Shown: in pieces, positions 41,739 to 50,781 of the stretch | How positions within the stretch are numbered: position 1 is the stretch's first letter | How the letters are laid out: every line of letters begins with the position of its first letter | Virus record (IMG/VR): IMGVR_UViG_3300032299_001203 | Location: 32,001 to 96,000 of that record | Length of the DNA: 64,000 nt | Direction: 5' to 3' (one strand) | Source of the DNA: a virus | Notes under the pieces: generated by a model | Told to the model about the DNA's origin: nothing | Databases searched by the model: none | Seen by the model: the letters and a program-made list of their open reading frames with translations, nothing else | Translations under genes and position numbers: made by a program

Positions 41739-43176
41739 GGTTTCTACCGGCACAGCAGTAGTATCAGCATCTGTTGCAACAGTAGTACCCAATACAAATA
41801 AGGGTGACCAAACAGATTTTTTGGGTTTGAGAACTATTGAGGTAATGATACAATATCGTATTGGGAATCAAGGAAATTTTATTTCCAATACGATAGTTTC
41901 AGTACAAAAAGTAACGGTACCAACAATAACCAATGTTAATTATGGATTATTAACTGGCGGATTGACCAATGGTTTAAGTTATGTTTCTGCTGTTGTAATT
42001 GCCGACTTGCGGACACCTGTTGTAGTTCAAGCCAATAATTGGGCTTCTTTATCTTCAACTGGAATTGCTTCAAATCCTGTATACACATACGGTTCTAGAA
42101 ATGATAGCAGCCAACAAGCAACAACTGTAATAACAAATGTTCGTACACCTGCAGCATTTGGATCAAATTTATCTATAACGGCCGTTGGTTCTCAATCGGC
42201 AGTATTACCTTTTACTACAACTGTATCTATAGGTTCACCAAATCCTGTTGTAGGTTTTGGATCAAATTATACATTTAGTTCAAATGTTGGTTTTAATTAT
42301 CCTATGGTTCAAGTTATAACAGAGTATTATACAGGAACCAATACTGTAATAAATTTAATTGATGTTCAATCCAGAAATTTTGTAAACACATTTACTAGTA
42401 CAGGAAATACAGAACACAGGCAAATAATGAGTCCTTGTGTTGTGGCTATCAAATCAAACAATGATATTAATTTGTTTATTAATAGATATATTACAAATGA
42501 AAGACCTGTTACTGTAAGTACAATTACTCGATCAGAAAGCTTTAATCCTTTTAATGCTTATGCAGAGTTAAATCGTAGAACTGTTGTAACAAATTATTAT
42601 GGTGGACCAAGTAGTTTAATTCCAAATATTTTACCCTCAATAGATCCAGAAGCCGTAACTAAAACCATAGTTGATATGCCAAACGATTTAGGAACAAACA
42701 ACTATCCTTATCGGCCCTATAATATTAGAAGTCAACTTTCAGCACCTGTAACCATAAATAGTTTTATTCCGGCTGGCAATTTAATACCAAGAATAGCAGC
42801 TTCTATTCTTCCTATTGCGTCTGTTACTATCAATGATATGGTAGCAGGAGGAACAGCAAAACCATATAATATTCAAAATTCAACGCAAATTATAACTGCA
42901 AACACAAATGCAAGTTTACAAGCCGGACTATTGCAAAGAATTACAAGTGTTAATCCAATTGCTTTACCATTTGAAAATTATTTAATTGGTGGTCCAATAA
43001 GACCGTTATATACTACCGGCATGCCGTTGAGGCCAGTGCGAATAGACACCACAGCTTTTAGTCCAGTAACCTTTAGATTTAATACAGGTTTTGCTCAGGT
43101 TGTTACTAATTTGTTTACTACTGGTGGTACCGGTGGTATTGGTGGTATTGGTGGAGCTACTGCGTACTGGAGTTAA
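41716..43176 (+). CDS. Hypothetical V/I/T/N/P-rich structural protein
   Basis: 486-aa ORF closing the fibre block; very few charged residues; Gly linker followed by a terminal AYWS. Confidence 0.65.
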   Translation: MTLATGLPVSTGTAVVSASVATVVPNTNKGDQTDFLGLRTIEVMIQYRIGNQGNFISNTIVSVQKVTVPTITNVNYGLLTGGLTNGLSYVSAVVIADLRTPVVVQANNWASLSSTGIASNPVYTYGSRNDSSQQATTVITNVRTPAAFGSNLSITAVGSQSAVLPFTTTVSIGSPNPVVGFGSNYTFSSNVGFNYPMVQVITEYYTGTNTVINLIDVQSRNFVNTFTSTGNTEHRQIMSPCVVAIKSNNDINLFINRYITNERPVTVSTITRSESFNPFNAYAELNRRTVVTNYYGGPSSLIPNILPSIDPEAVTKTIVDMPNDLGTNNYPYRPYNIRSQLSAPVTINSFIPAGNLIPRIAASILPIASVTINDMVAGGTAKPYNIQNSTQIITANTNASLQAGLLQRITSVNPIALPFENYLIGGPIRPLYTTGMPLRPVRIDTTAFSPVTFRFNTGFAQVVTNLFTTGGTGGIGGIGGATAYWS

Positions 43177-43188
43177 TACCGCTGGTGA

Positions 43189-43196
43189 ACTAAATA
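43189..43196 (+). promoter_or_regulatory. Late promoter variant (ACTAAATA) for neck genes
   Basis: Intergenic, followed by RBS aggag and the gp13 start. Confidence 0.6.
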
Positions 43197-43216
43197 CCCT
43201 AATATAGGAGATTATT

Positions 43217-43984
43217 ATGCCGGCCGTAACAGATAGAACAACCTTCAAAGACTATTGCCTTAGACGATTGGGCTTCCCCGTTATTGATATTAACGTGGAT
43301 GAGGATCAAATCGAAGATCGCATTGACGATGCGCTTCAATATTGGCAAGATTACCATTTTGATGGACTTCAAAAATTTTATTATGTAAAAAGAATTGATC
43401 AAACCGATATTAACCAAAAATACATTGATTTAAGTAATGTTCAAGATTCTTCTAATAACAAATTAGATATTGTTGGTATTTCTCGTATATTCCCTATTCA
43501 AGATTCTCAAGCATCAATTAGTATGTTTGATTTAAGGTATCAACTTCGCCTAAATGAACTCTATGACTTTACTTCTGCATCATATGTTAACTATACATTA
43601 ACACTGCAACATCTACGTTCACTAGAACTTATGTTTTCTGGTGAAGTACCAATTCGTTTTCAACGTCATATGCAAAAACTCTATATTGATTGGGCATGGG
43701 GTTCATCACAGGCACCAAAAATTGTTGTTGCTGAGTGTTATGCTAATATTGACCCTACTGTTTATAACAGAGTATGGAATGACCGTTGGATGAAAGAATA
43801 TACCACAGCATTAATTAAACGAACATGGGGAAATAATTTAAAAAAGTTTAATAATCTACAGTTGCCTGGTGGTGTAACATTAAATGGTGATAAAATTTAT
43901 GAAGAAGCCGTTGGTGAAATTGAAAAGTTAGAAACCGAAATGCAAAATGAATATGGTGCACCATTAGAATGGTTTATGAATTAA
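43217..43984 (+). CDS. gp13: Neck protein gp13
   Basis: YCLRRLGFPVIDINVDEDQIEDRIDDALQY..DYHFDG; WMKEYTTALIKRTWGNNL.KF..LQLPGGVTLNG. Confidence 0.95.
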   Translation: MPAVTDRTTFKDYCLRRLGFPVIDINVDEDQIEDRIDDALQYWQDYHFDGLQKFYYVKRIDQTDINQKYIDLSNVQDSSNNKLDIVGISRIFPIQDSQASISMFDLRYQLRLNELYDFTSASYVNYTLTLQHLRSLELMFSGEVPIRFQRHMQKLYIDWAWGSSQAPKIVVAECYANIDPTVYNRVWNDRWMKEYTTALIKRTWGNNLKKFNNLQLPGGVTLNGDKIYEEAVGEIEKLETEMQNEYGAPLEWFMN

Positions 43985-43985
43985 C

Positions 43986-44867
43986 ATGGCAACTTCAGTT
44001 TATTTTAACAACTATAACTCTGTAGCCGAACAACGAGTTTTAGAAGATTTGATTGTTGAGTCCATAAAAATTATGGGCTTTGATGGTTACTATCTACCAA
44101 ACGATAATGATATTGCCAGAGATTTATTGTTTGGTGAAGATCCTGTTAAAAAATTTCAATCAGCATTTCCATTAGAACTCTATCTTTCCAATTCATTAGA
44201 CTATGATGGCGAAAAAGAATTCTTCTCTAAGTTTGGTTTAGAAATTAAAAATAATGTTAATGTAATTGTTTCTAAAAGATCATTTCAACAAAGAGTTCCA
44301 CAAAATGTATTTCAAAGACCTCGTGAAGGTGATTTGATTTATGTTCCTTTTTTAAATGGTACGGGTGAATTGTATGAAATTAAATTTGCAGACCAAGATA
44401 AAGATTTTCATACATTAGGTAGACGTGTGCCTTATTTCTATGAATTACAATTAGAGAAATTCAAATTCTCACATGAACTCATCAGCACAGGTGTTCAAGA
44501 GATTGATGATTCTGCAACATTTTCTTCTTACACCATTCAACTCAATGTTGGAGCTGGTACAGGTATATACCAAAATAAAGAAATTGTTTATCAAGCACTT
44601 GACAGTACAGAAGCAAATGCAACTGTGGTTGCTGTGGTACAAGAATGGAACAAAAAAGCGAATACACTAAACGTTACCAATATTGCTGGTGAGTTTGTAC
44701 CTAACAGAAATATTATTGGTGCATCAAGCAATGCTAGTTATGTTTTGGCCAATTTTGATCCATTAAAAGATAATGTTAGAGATGAATCAAGTGATAATTA
44801 TATTATTGAGAATCAAGCCAATTCGATTATTGATTTTTCTGAAACCAATCCGTTTGGAAGTATATAA
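43986..44867 (+). CDS. gp14: Neck protein gp14
   Basis: EQRVLEDLIVESIKIMG.D.YYLP, FSKFGLEI, RPREGDLIY.P, IDFSETNPFG. Confidence 0.93.
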   Translation: MATSVYFNNYNSVAEQRVLEDLIVESIKIMGFDGYYLPNDNDIARDLLFGEDPVKKFQSAFPLELYLSNSLDYDGEKEFFSKFGLEIKNNVNVIVSKRSFQQRVPQNVFQRPREGDLIYVPFLNGTGELYEIKFADQDKDFHTLGRRVPYFYELQLEKFKFSHELISTGVQEIDDSATFSSYTIQLNVGAGTGIYQNKEIVYQALDSTEANATVVAVVQEWNKKANTLNVTNIAGEFVPNRNIIGASSNASYVLANFDPLKDNVRDESSDNYIIENQANSIIDFSETNPFGSI

Positions 44868-45958
44868 TGGCTAATATTTTTTATAACCGAATCATACGAA
44901 AACTTGTTATTGGTTTTGGTAATATTTTTAATGAAATTACTTTGGTTCGATATAATCCAGATTTGACTGAAGCGGAAAGGCTTATTGTTCCTATTATCTA
45001 TGGACCAAAAGAGTTATATGTTTTTCGTAATGAAGAAGATCCACTATTAAACAAAAAAGTTCAAGTAACGTTACCAAGAATGTCATTTGAGATGACAGGA
45101 TTTACATACGATGTTTCTAGAAAATTAAATACCAATTTTAAAAATTTTGCACAAACAAATACAGGTTTGGTCTCACAATATAATCCTGTACCATATAATT
45201 TTGATTTCAATCTTTACATTTATGTAAGAAATATTGAAGATGGTACACAAATTATTGAACATATTCTTCCTTATTTTACGCCAGATTATACAATCAAATT
45301 AAATTTAATACCTGAAATGGGTATTGTTAAAGAAGTTCCTATTATTTTGAATTCAACTTCACAAGATATAGATTATGAAGGTGATTATTCTAGAAGTACC
45401 AGAAACATTATTTGGACATTGAACTTTACGGTCAAAGGATTTATATTTGGTAAGATTAATGATTCATCTAGTGGTTTAATTACACATTCAATTACATCTG
45501 TTTTAAACAAAATTGGACCAGAAGATGTTGTACTCTTTAATATGAATGCAAATTCTGGTGTCGGTAATTATCAAGTAGGAGAAATTGTATATCAAGGTTA
45601 TTCTGCAGGTACAGCAACTGCCACCGGAAGAGTTATTCTTTGGAATAATAATACATTACACTTAACAAACATTAATGGAAACTTTGTTTCTAGTGTGCCT
45701 ATTCGATCAACCAGTTCTAGCACAAACTATACATTTACTTCTTATAGTCCAACACCAGAAATACTTGCAAGAATCAATACTACACCATCACCAACCGATG
45801 CAAATGTCAATACGCCACACATTATCACTTCAAATATATCCGAGTTTCCAAATATTGTAAGTGGTGAGTTACCAGATAATTTTGCTGGTGATGCTCTACT
45901 TCAAGTTGGTCAAGATGACCTACATATACAACAACAGAAAACAACAGATTTACAGTAA
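44867..45958 (+). CDS. gp15: Tail sheath stabiliser/terminator gp15, with C-terminal extension
   Basis: FYNRIIRKLVIGFGNIFN.I, VPIIYGPKE, LPRMSFEM, PVPYNFDFNL, QIIEHILPYFTP. Confidence 0.93.
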   Translation: MANIFYNRIIRKLVIGFGNIFNEITLVRYNPDLTEAERLIVPIIYGPKELYVFRNEEDPLLNKKVQVTLPRMSFEMTGFTYDVSRKLNTNFKNFAQTNTGLVSQYNPVPYNFDFNLYIYVRNIEDGTQIIEHILPYFTPDYTIKLNLIPEMGIVKEVPIILNSTSQDIDYEGDYSRSTRNIIWTLNFTVKGFIFGKINDSSSGLITHSITSVLNKIGPEDVVLFNMNANSGVGNYQVGEIVYQGYSAGTATATGRVILWNNNTLHLTNINGNFVSSVPIRSTSSSTNYTFTSYSPTPEILARINTTPSPTDANVNTPHIITSNISEFPNIVSGELPDNFAGDALLQVGQDDLHIQQQKTTDLQ

Positions 45959-45969
45959 AGGTAATCAAA

Positions 45970-46251
45970 ATGCCACGCACACTACAATTTAAACGATACG
46001 GTTCAGCGACATTAGCCAATACAACTGGTGCTAATGGTGAGTTAATTATTAATAGCACCAATAAAACTTTGACTGTTCATGACGGTATAACTCCTGGTGG
46101 ATTTGCATTACTTAACACTGCAACAGATAGTAATATTGATTCATTTGCCAGAACAAAAGCTAATGGCGATATTGCAATTGTTCAATTAAAAGCTTTGGTG
46201 GCCAACTGTGCAACTTATACCGATTTTAAAACCGCAATAGCATCATTATAA
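45970..46251 (+). CDS. Small Mtd_N-like domain protein (possible collar/neck appendage)
   Basis: TLQFKRYG.....TGANGELII.STNKTL.VHDGITPGG is similar to the N-terminus of 30101; the C-terminal helix resembles that of 11183. Confidence 0.75.
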   Translation: MPRTLQFKRYGSATLANTTGANGELIINSTNKTLTVHDGITPGGFALLNTATDSNIDSFARTKANGDIAIVQLKALVANCATYTDFKTAIASL

Positions 46252-46270
46252 CTAAACACTATACAATTTT

Positions 46271-46690
46271 ATGAACGATTTGAATAAAAATTTATCTGAT
46301 GTTTTTGATATTACTCCTATACCAGAAGAAAAAAAAGAAAAACTTCCGGTACTACAAGCACACTATAACGAGCCTGATTTAAAACAAGACCTTACCGATG
46401 CATATCAACAATCAAGAGAAAACCTACAAGGTCTTATTGACCAAGGTCAAGAAGCAATGCATGAGATACTTAACATCGCTAAAGCAGGACAGCATCCCCG
46501 TGCTTTTGAAGTATATGGCACATTACTCAAAAATGTGGTAGACGCCAATAAAGAATTGTTGGCTATACAAAAACAAATGCGTGAGATGGATGAAAACGCT
46601 AAAAAAGATAAAGGTGGTACCAATATTGATAAAGCCATCTTTATTGGTTCTACCGCTGAGTTGAATAAACTCATTAAAGGCAAAGAGTAA
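46271..46690 (+). CDS. gp16: Terminase small subunit gp16
   Basis: D....RENL..LI..GQEA....L..A....HPRAFEV...L.K; C-terminal AIFIGSTAEL.KL; overlaps the gp17 start. Confidence 0.9.
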   Translation: MNDLNKNLSDVFDITPIPEEKKEKLPVLQAHYNEPDLKQDLTDAYQQSRENLQGLIDQGQEAMHEILNIAKAGQHPRAFEVYGTLLKNVVDANKELLAIQKQMREMDENAKKDKGGTNIDKAIFIGSTAELNKLIKGKE

Positions 46691-48372
46691 TGGCCACTCA
46701 AAATAAAGATTCTTATCGTGACAATCCGTTATTAAAAAAAGTAGGCGTTGAACACAAATATACAGAAGAACAGGTTCAAGAATATATAAAATGTTCTAAA
46801 GATCCTGTATATTTCTGTATAAATTATATTAAAATTGTAAACGTAGATGAAGGCCTCATCAATTTTAATATGTGGGGCTTTCAGAAAGAAATGATTAATC
46901 TGTTTAAAGATAATCGTTTTGTTATCACTAAATGTCCTCGTCAGGTTGGCAAAACAACCACTACGGTTGGATATCTTCTTTGGGCAACCATTTTTACCGA
47001 TTCACAAAACGTAGCCGTTCTGGCAAATAAAGGCTCATTGGCTCGTGATATTCTATCCAAGTATCAACTGGCATATGAAAACTTACCACAATGGCTCCAA
47101 CAAGGTGTGGTGACATGGAACAAGGGTAATGTAGAACTAGAGAACGGGTCTAAGGTTATTGCGGCCAGTACGTCATCCTCAGCAATCCGAGGTGGTTCTT
47201 TTAACATTGTGTTCTTGGACGAATTCGCTTTCGTACCAAACAATATTGCCAACGAGTTTTTTAACTCTGTTTATCCTGTAATTTCTTCTGGTAAATCTTC
47301 CAAAATTATTATTGTTTCCACGCCAAATGGTATGAATCTATTCTATAAGTTATGGATGGATTCACTAGAAGGTCGAAACAACTACAAAAATTTTCAAATT
47401 CATTGGTCAATGGTACCAGGTCGAGATGATGCTTGGAAAGAAGAAACAATTCGTAATACCTCTGAGAGGCAGTTTGCACAAGAGTTTGAAACCGAGTTTT
47501 TAGGATCATCAAACACTCTTATTTCTGGTTACAAACTACAGCAATTAAGATATATTAATCCAATTGCCGAGCATGATAAGATGAAAATATATGAACATCC
47601 AATCAAAGAAGGTACAGAAAACAAATCAGACCACTTATACTGTATTTGTGTGGATGTATCAGAAGGTAAAAATTTAGATTCTTCCGCCTTTTCGGTAATA
47701 GATATATCTTCAACACCATATAAACAGGTGGCCACATATAATAGTTCTTCAATATCGCCAATACTATTCCCCACCGTAATCTACAATGCGGCCAAATTGT
47801 ATAACGATGCTTACGTTTTGGTAGAAATAAACAATAATCCTCAAGTGGCCGACATACTACACCAAGACCTTGAGTATGAAAATCTATTAAAGGTGTTTAC
47901 TGGCAATAAAAAACCACAACAATTGTCAGCTGGTTTTGCCAGAGGTGTACAAATGGGTCTTAAAATGTCGCCACAGGTGAAGCAAATTGGTTGTTCAAAC
48001 CTTAAAACATTAATAGAAGGTGATAAATTATTAATTAATGATTTTGATACTTATTCAGAATTGACCACTTTTGAACAATATAAAACTTCTTTTTCTGCGG
48101 CCGATGGAGCTAATGATGATAATGTAATGACTTTAGTTATTTTTGCTTGGGCTGCCACTCAAAAATACTTTAGAGAAATAGTAAACCATGATCTTAGAAA
48201 ACAGATTCAATTGGAAAATATGAATCAAATTGATGAAGAGGTTCTACCTGAACCCATTATTGATGACGGTACAAAACCAGATTTTATGATTGAGGGTGGA
48301 GATTTATGGGAAGTTGCTAATGGTGGTGACACTTATGCAAATTATAGTGCCAAATGGTTCAAGGATCTATAA
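46690..48372 (+). CDS. gp17: Terminase large subunit gp17
   Basis: Walker A PRQVGKTT, Walker B FLDEFAF, STPNG, QEFETEF, nuclease motifs VDVSEG and NDDNVM. Confidence 0.97.
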   Translation: MATQNKDSYRDNPLLKKVGVEHKYTEEQVQEYIKCSKDPVYFCINYIKIVNVDEGLINFNMWGFQKEMINLFKDNRFVITKCPRQVGKTTTTVGYLLWATIFTDSQNVAVLANKGSLARDILSKYQLAYENLPQWLQQGVVTWNKGNVELENGSKVIAASTSSSAIRGGSFNIVFLDEFAFVPNNIANEFFNSVYPVISSGKSSKIIIVSTPNGMNLFYKLWMDSLEGRNNYKNFQIHWSMVPGRDDAWKEETIRNTSERQFAQEFETEFLGSSNTLISGYKLQQLRYINPIAEHDKMKIYEHPIKEGTENKSDHLYCICVDVSEGKNLDSSAFSVIDISSTPYKQVATYNSSSISPILFPTVIYNAAKLYNDAYVLVEINNNPQVADILHQDLEYENLLKVFTGNKKPQQLSAGFARGVQMGLKMSPQVKQIGCSNLKTLIEGDKLLINDFDTYSELTTFEQYKTSFSAADGANDDNVMTLVIFAWAATQKYFREIVNHDLRKQIQLENMNQIDEEVLPEPIIDDGTKPDFMIEGGDLWEVANGGDTYANYSAKWFKDL

Positions 48373-48383
48373 ATCCTATGATT

Positions 48384-48391
48384 GATAAATA
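48384..48391 (+). promoter_or_regulatory. Late promoter (GATAAATA) for the sheath gene
   Basis: Intergenic between gp17 and gp18. Confidence 0.55.
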
Positions 48392-48442
48392 TTGCTATGG
48401 TATCATAACTGCCAGAATAACATCATATTTAAGGAGAATAAA

Positions 48443-50146
48443 ATGGCGTTTCAAATCTCTCCAGGCGTAAATGTTTCCGAGGTTGACTTAACTACAGTCG
48501 TTCCTTCGATTCTAACTACGGCCGGTGCTTTTGTTGGAAATTTTGCGTGGGGACCAGCAAAAAAAATAATTCTTGTAGACAGCGAAGCAACTTTAAAACA
48601 AACATTTACAGGTCCAACTGAAAATACAGCTGCATCCTTTTTTACTGCAGCAAGTTTTTTATCATATGGAAATAATTTAAGCGTTGTTCGAGCTGTTGAA
48701 GCTAACGTATCTAATGCAACAGCAAATTCAGTATTACAAATTGCAAACGAAGATGTATTCCAATATCTTTATTTAAATAACGATAATAGAAATTTATATG
48801 GTGCTTTTACTGCTCGATATCCTGGTTCTTTAGGCAATTCTTTAGATGTTCACGTTTGTGCAAATACATCACTATTCAGCTCTTGGTCATATAAATCGTA
48901 TTTTACCAGTGCACCAGGAACTTCTGGATATGCGGAATCAGTTGGAGGTTCTAATGATGAACTCCACGTTGTTGTAGTAGATTCTGGCGGTAAATTTACC
49001 GGATCACGAGGAACTGTATTAGAAACTTATGCGTTTTTGTCGAGAGCATCTGATGCTTCAATCAATGGTTCTTCAAATTATTATAAAAATGTAATTTTTG
49101 ATAAATCAAAATACGTTTATGCTATGGATCCTCCAAGTTATGGTGCTACTTATTTGTCTTGGGGAACTTCAGCTGCAAATACTAATTTTACAAATTTAAC
49201 AACAAATTTAAGTATTCCTTTAGCTGATGCTTCTTTGGTTGAATTTGTTGATGATGCTGTTCCTGCATTAAATCAATATCAACAAGGTTATGATTTGTTC
49301 GCCAATAAAGAAGAAACTAATATTTCTTTAGTTTTAACTGGTGGCGCTACTGTAGAATTACAACAATATGTTATTGATAACATTGTAAATTTACGAAAAG
49401 ATTGTGTAGCATTTATTTCACCTCCATTTACTTCAATTGATGGCATTGGAGAAACTCCTACAGCAGGTATTACAACATGGTTAGCATCGTTAGCTCGATC
49501 AAGTTCATATGTTGTAGCTGATAGTGGATTTAAATATATGTACGACAAATATAACAACAAGTATCGTTGGATACCACTTAACGGTGACGTTGCTGGTCTA
49601 TGTGTAAACACAGATACAGTTCGTGATCCATGGTTCTCGCCTGCTGGATTGAATCGTGGTCAACTTAAAAATGCAATTAAATTGGCCTGGAATCCAAATA
49701 AAACTCAAAGAGATGTATTATATTCGGCTGGTGTTAATCCTGTTATATCTTTGGCTGGCCAAGGAATTGTTTTGTTTGGCGATAAAACATTACAATCAAA
49801 ACCGTCCGCATTTGACCGAATCAATGTCCGTAGATTGTTTATTGTTCTTGAAAAAGCAATTGCTGAAGCTGCAAAATATTCATTGTTTGAATATAACGAT
49901 GAATTTACACGAGCTCAGTTTGTTGCACTAGTAACTCCTTTCTTACGAGATGTTCAAGGTCGCCGTGGTATAACAGACTTTAAGGTTGTATGTGATACAA
50001 CAAATAATACTCCACAAGTTATTGATTCTAATCAATTTGTTGGTGATATTTTCATCAAACCTGCTCGTTCAGTCAATTTCATCCAATTGAACTTTGTTGC
50101 TGTTGGAACTGGTGTTGACTTCACAACAGTTGTTGGTGCTGTCTAA
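48443..50146 (+). CDS. gp18: Tail sheath protein gp18
   Basis: True start is ATG 48443 after RBS aaggag (MAFQISPGVNVSEVDLT). Motifs WFSPAGLNRG, FGDKTL, FDRINVRRLF, IKPARSVNFIQLNF. Confidence 0.97.
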   Translation: MAFQISPGVNVSEVDLTTVVPSILTTAGAFVGNFAWGPAKKIILVDSEATLKQTFTGPTENTAASFFTAASFLSYGNNLSVVRAVEANVSNATANSVLQIANEDVFQYLYLNNDNRNLYGAFTARYPGSLGNSLDVHVCANTSLFSSWSYKSYFTSAPGTSGYAESVGGSNDELHVVVVDSGGKFTGSRGTVLETYAFLSRASDASINGSSNYYKNVIFDKSKYVYAMDPPSYGATYLSWGTSAANTNFTNLTTNLSIPLADASLVEFVDDAVPALNQYQQGYDLFANKEETNISLVLTGGATVELQQYVIDNIVNLRKDCVAFISPPFTSIDGIGETPTAGITTWLASLARSSSYVVADSGFKYMYDKYNNKYRWIPLNGDVAGLCVNTDTVRDPWFSPAGLNRGQLKNAIKLAWNPNKTQRDVLYSAGVNPVISLAGQGIVLFGDKTLQSKPSAFDRINVRRLFIVLEKAIAEAAKYSLFEYNDEFTRAQFVALVTPFLRDVQGRRGITDFKVVCDTTNNTPQVIDSNQFVGDIFIKPARSVNFIQLNFVAVGTGVDFTTVVGAV

Positions 50147-50152
50147 TAAATA
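50145..50152 (+). promoter_or_regulatory. Late promoter (AATAAATA) for the tube gene
   Basis: At the gp18 stop, before RBS aggag of gp19. Confidence 0.6.
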
Positions 50153-50175
50153 CTAAGAATAATAGGAGAAATTAA

Positions 50176-50718
50176 ATGGCATTCAATGTAGCAGAATTTA
50201 GAGCAAATATGATTGGTGACGGAGCTCGTCCTAATCTATTCAAGGTCTCTTTAACATTTCCAACAGTAGCAGCAAACGGTGTTGCAGCTGGCCAAAAAAC
50301 AACTTTTATGGCCAAAACAGCACAATTACCTGGTTCAACAATTAATAGCTTTCCATTGTATTACTTTGGACGTGAATTAAAGTTTGCTGGTAATAGAACA
50401 TTTACAGATTGGACATTACAAATTATTAATGACGAAGATTTTTTAATTCGCAATGCATTAGAATCGTGGATGAATTCAATCAACAGTCATGTATCTAACG
50501 TAAGAAATCCTAATGCTGTAAATCCTTCAAACTATTCAGTTGATGCCGAAGTTACTCAATATGGTAAAGCCGGACAAGAATTGAAGAAATATAAATTTGT
50601 TGGTGTGTTTCCTGTAGACGTGGCTCCAATTGATTTAGATTGGGGTTCAAATGATTCTATTGAAGAATATGCAGCAACATTTGCATTTCAATATTGGGAA
50701 ACAGATACTACTTCTTAA
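50176..50718 (+). CDS. gp19: Tail tube protein gp19
   Basis: GARPNLF.V, AQLPGS, GRELKFAGNRTF.DWT..IINDEDF.IR..LESWMN, FP..V.PIDL.W....IEEY..TF..QYW. Confidence 0.96.
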   Translation: MAFNVAEFRANMIGDGARPNLFKVSLTFPTVAANGVAAGQKTTFMAKTAQLPGSTINSFPLYYFGRELKFAGNRTFTDWTLQIINDEDFLIRNALESWMNSINSHVSNVRNPNAVNPSNYSVDAEVTQYGKAGQELKKYKFVGVFPVDVAPIDLDWGSNDSIEEYAATFAFQYWETDTTS

Positions 50719-50730
50719 TATGTTTTTTAT

Positions 50731-50757
50731 ATGGGGTATTTTACCCCATTTATGTTT
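50731..50757 (+). terminator. Probable intrinsic terminator after gp19
   Basis: Stem atggggta/taccccat followed by the U-rich ttatgttt. Confidence 0.55.
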
Positions 50758-50781
50758 AATTGAATTGGAAAAGTAAATAAT

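Noticed and set aside
2899-46251. Diversity-generating retroelement suggested by the Mtd_N-like domains
   Set aside because: No reverse transcriptase, and no template/variable repeat pair differing only at adenines was seen in this window. One could exist outside the window.
48392-48442. ORF-track N-terminal extensions (gp18 at 48392; likewise 20441, 58171 and gp55 at 60756)
   Set aside because: Downstream ATGs have better RBS or overlap context and match the conserved N-termini.
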